Part shown: piece by piece, positions 60,345 to 64,000 of the stretch
Layout of the letters: each line of letters opens with the position of its first letter
Numbering within the stretch: the first letter of the stretch is position 1
Assembly (NCBI GenBank): GCA_026770705.1
Contig: JANJGN010000033.1
Span: forward strand, 14,508,001-14,572,000
From: Isurus oxyrinchus
Taxonomy: Eukaryota
Length of the DNA: 64,000 nucleotides
Direction of reading: 5' to 3'
Translations under genes and position numbers: made by a program
The notes under the pieces: model-generated
Told to the model about the DNA's origin: nothing
Seen by the model: only the letters and a program-made list of their open reading frames with translations
Databases searched by the model: none

Positions 60345-61526
60345 GAGATCAATGCTGAGGCAGCGGCACACATGTCTTACATTAGTAGAGCAGTTTCATT
60401 CGTGCAAGCGTCACAAACAACAACAGGAAGTGCGCAGAGAGTTCCAAGCTCTGACACGCTGAAACACACTGCCCAGATAGGAGGGAAATTTCCCACAAAG
60501 GGATGTGAACGCCAGCATGCCAACGGGAAGGCTGATTTCTTGTCAGGTCATGAATGAATGTCGTCGACTGGAAGCAGAGTTGCTGGCTGGAGGGCCTTAG
60601 GTGCGAGCTAGGATATGGGCAGCAGAGGTTTTGATCAGCTCAACTTTATGGAAGAATCAAAGGGCAAGTCAGAGCGCGAACATCTCAGAATAATCAAGCC
60701 GTGAGGTAAGGAGGTTGAGGATGGAGATGTCAGCAGCACAGGAACTGCTGAGCGACAGAATTGGGTCAGCAAAGTTACACAGGTGGAAATACTTGTCTTG
60801 GCAAGGCAGTGGACCTGCGTAGGCCGATCATCGCAGGGTGACCGATGAGACCCAGGTTGCGAACTGCTTGCCAAAGCCTCAGGCAGCCTCCAAGGGAGAG
60901 CGATTTATAGCGAGTGATCATAATTTGAGACATCGAGCTGCACTGCAACTTGCGATGTTTCACAGAGCCACAAGAAAATTTGTGAATCTAACTCGCTAGC
61001 AAAATTGCAAGCGCTTGTCAATTTCATGTCGACCATTCCACTTTGGCTTCATGTTTTGCAACACATTGCTTCAGCTCTCGCACTTGTTCTGCTCCTAAGT
61101 TTGTCTGCTCTGCAAATGAAAGAGCTGTTGTCAAGCTGCCACTCGTGACATTGCTGCTTCTCTTCCATACGCCTCGCTAATATGACTCTTGCCAAATGAT
61201 CCGTGAATGAGCATTGCTAGGCAGTGATGTACGAGACTTAACCCGGAAAGATGGGATAAAATAGGCGCTCTTCAAGGACGCAATTGAAGTGATAGCTGCC
61301 TGGCCTTGAATGCTTTCGAGTTTAGCTGCTGAATTTCAAATGCCGTGCAGCCAAAGCAAGTGCTGCCTCCACCTCAGACATACAGCATCAGCCTGAGCCG
61401 CCTATTGCTCAAGAATATGAAGAGGTGAAAGCCAGGAAAGGCACTGTCATCAGCAGAGACCTTGAGCTCTTCACGTTTCCACTCGCCTGCCTCAAATTTT
61501 AACAGCAGCTGGGCAAACGAGAAACT

Positions 61527-61598
61527 TGGTTCCACCGAGATTTGAAATCAGATCGCTGGATTCAGATTCCCGAGTGCTCACCATTACTACATGGAACC
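61527..61598 (-). pseudogene. tRNA-Gln(CTG), slot C, damaged
   Basis: G53T, with D-stem and anticodon-arm changes. Confidence 0.78.
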
Positions 61599-61903
61599 TA
61601 CATGTCAGCTGACATCAGGCTCATGTCTTTTCTGCATTCACAGTGGCGTCAAAGTTCCCAGCGAACTGTCCAATGGTTCTCCTTGTGTGACGCAAACTGT
61701 TGCAAACTTTCAATGGGACAGATAAAGAGCAGGGCCAAGAGCCAAAACAATGACAGTGCAGGCAGCTGGTGCAAGAGGCTCAGTCATGCGCATTCAAATG
61801 GCAGGCGAGCTGGTTCAAAATTTGCCCTCTCGAATCGGACGCCGTGGCAATTGTAAAGGAGATGCAATTGGCCAAGCTTGTCAGCGGGATTGTCAAAAGT
61901 ACA

Positions 61904-61975
61904 AGGTTCCACCGAGATTTGAACTCGGATCGCTGGATTCAGAGTCCAGAGTGCTCACCATTACACCATGGAACC
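61904..61975 (-). tRNA. tRNA-Gln-CTG: tRNA-Gln(CTG), slot D, canonical
   Basis: Canonical body, T4 terminator. Confidence 0.95.
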
Positions 61976-62950
61976 CAACAGATTCTATATTGCATTGAAT
62001 CGTTGCTCAAAGAAGATTACTTCTTACATTTAACATGGCAGCAACCGGAACAGCGACAATGACACGTCGTTACTTGATGCCGTTGACAAGGGAACTGTTT
62101 GCAAGACACTTCACAGCCAGATTATATCAAACAATTTTGGCACATGTCAAATAGGGAGAATTCAGGAGAGCTCATCAAAGGCTTCATCAAATCATTACGT
62201 TTGAAAGTGCGCACTTGTTCCTGGTGAGGCAACGGACCTGCGTTGGCAGGTCATCTCAAGGTGAGCCATGAGACCTAGGTTGCGAACTGCTTGCCAAAGC
62301 CTCAGGCAGCCTCCCACGGAGAGGGATTTATGGTGAGTGAACATAGTTTGAGATGTCGAGCTGCAGTGCCAAGTGCGATGTTTCGATGAGAAACAAGAAA
62401 GTTTTCAAACTATATCGGGAGCAACATTGCAAGTGCTTTACGTTCCATGTCCACCATTTCACGTTGGCTTCATGTTTTGCAACATATTGCGTCAGATCTC
62501 GCACTTGCTCTGCTCCTAAGTTTGTCTGCTCTGCAAATGAAAGAGCTGCGTTCAAGCTGCCACTCGTGACATTGCTGCTTCCCTTCCCTTTTCCTCATAA
62601 TATGACACTCTTGCCAAATGAACCATGAATGAGCATTGCTAGGCAGTGATGTACGAGACCTGACCAGGAAAGACGGGATAAAACTGGTGCACTTCTAGGA
62701 CGCAATTGAAGTGATATCTGCCTGCCCTTGAATTCTTTCGAGCTTGTTGCCTGTTGAATTTCAAATGCTGTGCACCCAATGCAACTGCCACCTCGCCCTC
62801 AGGAATATAGAATCAGCCAGAGCCACCTATCGCTCAAGAATATGAAGAGTGAAAGCCAGGAAGGGCTCTGTAATCAGCAGAGACCTTGAACTCTTCAAGT
62901 ATCCACTCGCCTGCCTCAAATGTTAACAGCAGCTGGGCAAACAAGAAACT

Positions 62951-63022
62951 TGGTTCCACCGAGATTTGAACTCGGATCACTGGATTCAAAGTCCAGAGTG
63001 CTCACCATTACACCATGGAACC
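62951..63022 (-). tRNA. tRNA-Gln-TTG: tRNA-Gln(TTG), slot A, intact
   Basis: Canonical body, A73. Confidence 0.92.
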
Positions 63023-63326
63023 TACATGTCAGTATTCGTTAGGCTCATTTCTTTTCTGCATTCACTGGGCGCCAAAGTTCCCAGCGAACCATCGAATGGT
63101 TCTCCTCGTGTGACGCAAACTGTTGCATCCTTTCAATGGGACAGATAAAGAGTAGGGCCAAGAGCCAAAACAATGACAGTGCAGGTAGCTGGCGCAAGAG
63201 GCTCAGTCATGCGCATTCAAATGGCAGGCGAGCTGGTTCAAAATTTGCTCTCTCGAATCGGACGCCATGGCAATTGTAAAGGAGATGCAATTGGCCAAGC
63301 TTGTCAGCGGGATTGTCAAAAGCACA

Positions 63327-63398
63327 AGGTTCCACCGAGACTTGAACTCGGATAGCTGGATTCAGAGTCCAGAGTGCTCACCATTACACCATGGAACC
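63327..63398 (-). tRNA. tRNA-Gln-CTG: tRNA-Gln(CTG), slot D, near canonical
   Basis: Changes only in the variable loop and at T-loop position 59; T4 terminator. Confidence 0.88.
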
Positions 63399-64000
63399 CA
63401 GCAGATGCACTTTTGCATTGAATCGTTGCTCAAAGAAGATTACTTCTTACATTTAACATGGCAGCAACCGGAACAGCGACAACAACATGTCGTTACTTGA
63501 TGCCGTTGACAAGGGAACTGTTTGCAAGACACTTCACACCCAGATTATATCAAACAATTTTGGCACATGTCAAATAGGGAGATTTCAGGAGAGCTCATCA
63601 AAGGCTTCATCAAATCATTACGTTTGGAATTACGCACTTGATCCTGGTGAGGCAACGGACCTGCGTTGACAGGTCATCTCAAGGTGAGCCATGAGACCTA
63701 GGTTGCGAACTGCTTGCCAAAGCCTCAGGCAGCCTCCCACGGAGAGGGATTTATGGCGAGTGAACATAGTTTGAGACGTCGAGCTGCACTGCAGATTGAG
63801 AAGTTTTTCTGAGCCACAGGAAAGTTTGCAAACTATTTCTTGAGCAAAATTGCAAGCGCTTTACGTTCCATGTCCACCATTTCACATTGGCTTCATGTTT
63901 TGCAACATATTGCTTCAGATCTCGCACTTGCTCTGCTCCTAAGTTTGTCTGCTCTGCAAATGAAAGAGCTGCGTTCAAGCTGCCACTCGTGACATTGCTG

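Larger units (their letters stand above)
1..64000 (-). repeat. Tandem tRNA-Gln gene array (macrosatellite); ~3.46 kb dimeric unit with variant units of ~1.4, 2.5 and 3.1 kb; extends beyond both window edges
   Basis: The same spacer motifs and spurious ORFs recur at offsets of 3462, 3083, 2479, ~10930, 11400 and 6136 bp; about 73 tRNA-Gln-like copies, all on the minus strand. Confidence 0.98.

Noticed and set aside
221-63978. Hundreds of recurring 60-170 aa ORFs (MNSDHWIQSPEC..., MSSCTANCD..., MLHQIVTF...)
   Set aside because: They are translations of tRNA antisense and spacer sequence. Stops and frameshifts vary freely among copies, and no domains are recognisable.

Overview
Eukaryotic, vertebrate-type DNA; a cartilaginous fish is likely, inferred only from my recollection of similar shark and ray repeat sequences. 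The whole window is a head-to-tail tandem array of tRNA-Gln genes on the minus strand. I count about 73 copies, of which about 13 have a fully canonical cloverleaf; the rest are variants, hybrids or pseudogenes. The basic ~3.46 kb unit is a dimer of ~1.4 kb and ~2.0 kb subunits and carries four tRNA slots. Slot A is mostly TTG with A73, slot B is a degenerate pseudogene, slot C is CTG with A73 and is often damaged, and slot D is CTG with U73 and a T4 terminator. The spacer contains a fossil L2-like LINE 3' end, into which a 113-bp Penelope-like fragment with a minimal hammerhead-like motif inserted and was co-amplified in 10 copies. One ~3 kb Penelope-like retroelement (RT + GIY-YIG, open ORF, inverted 740-bp arm, ~15-bp TSD) lies at 32271-35256, and three deletion derivatives of that same insertion occur elsewhere in the array. 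The most striking signal is a fixed-length, hypervariable and often quasi-palindromic window about 7-20 nt upstream of slot D and slot A tRNAs, but not slots B or C. One copy carries an ochre (TTA) anticodon. Apart from the retroelement, I see no credible protein-coding genes. All counts and coordinates were made by eye.
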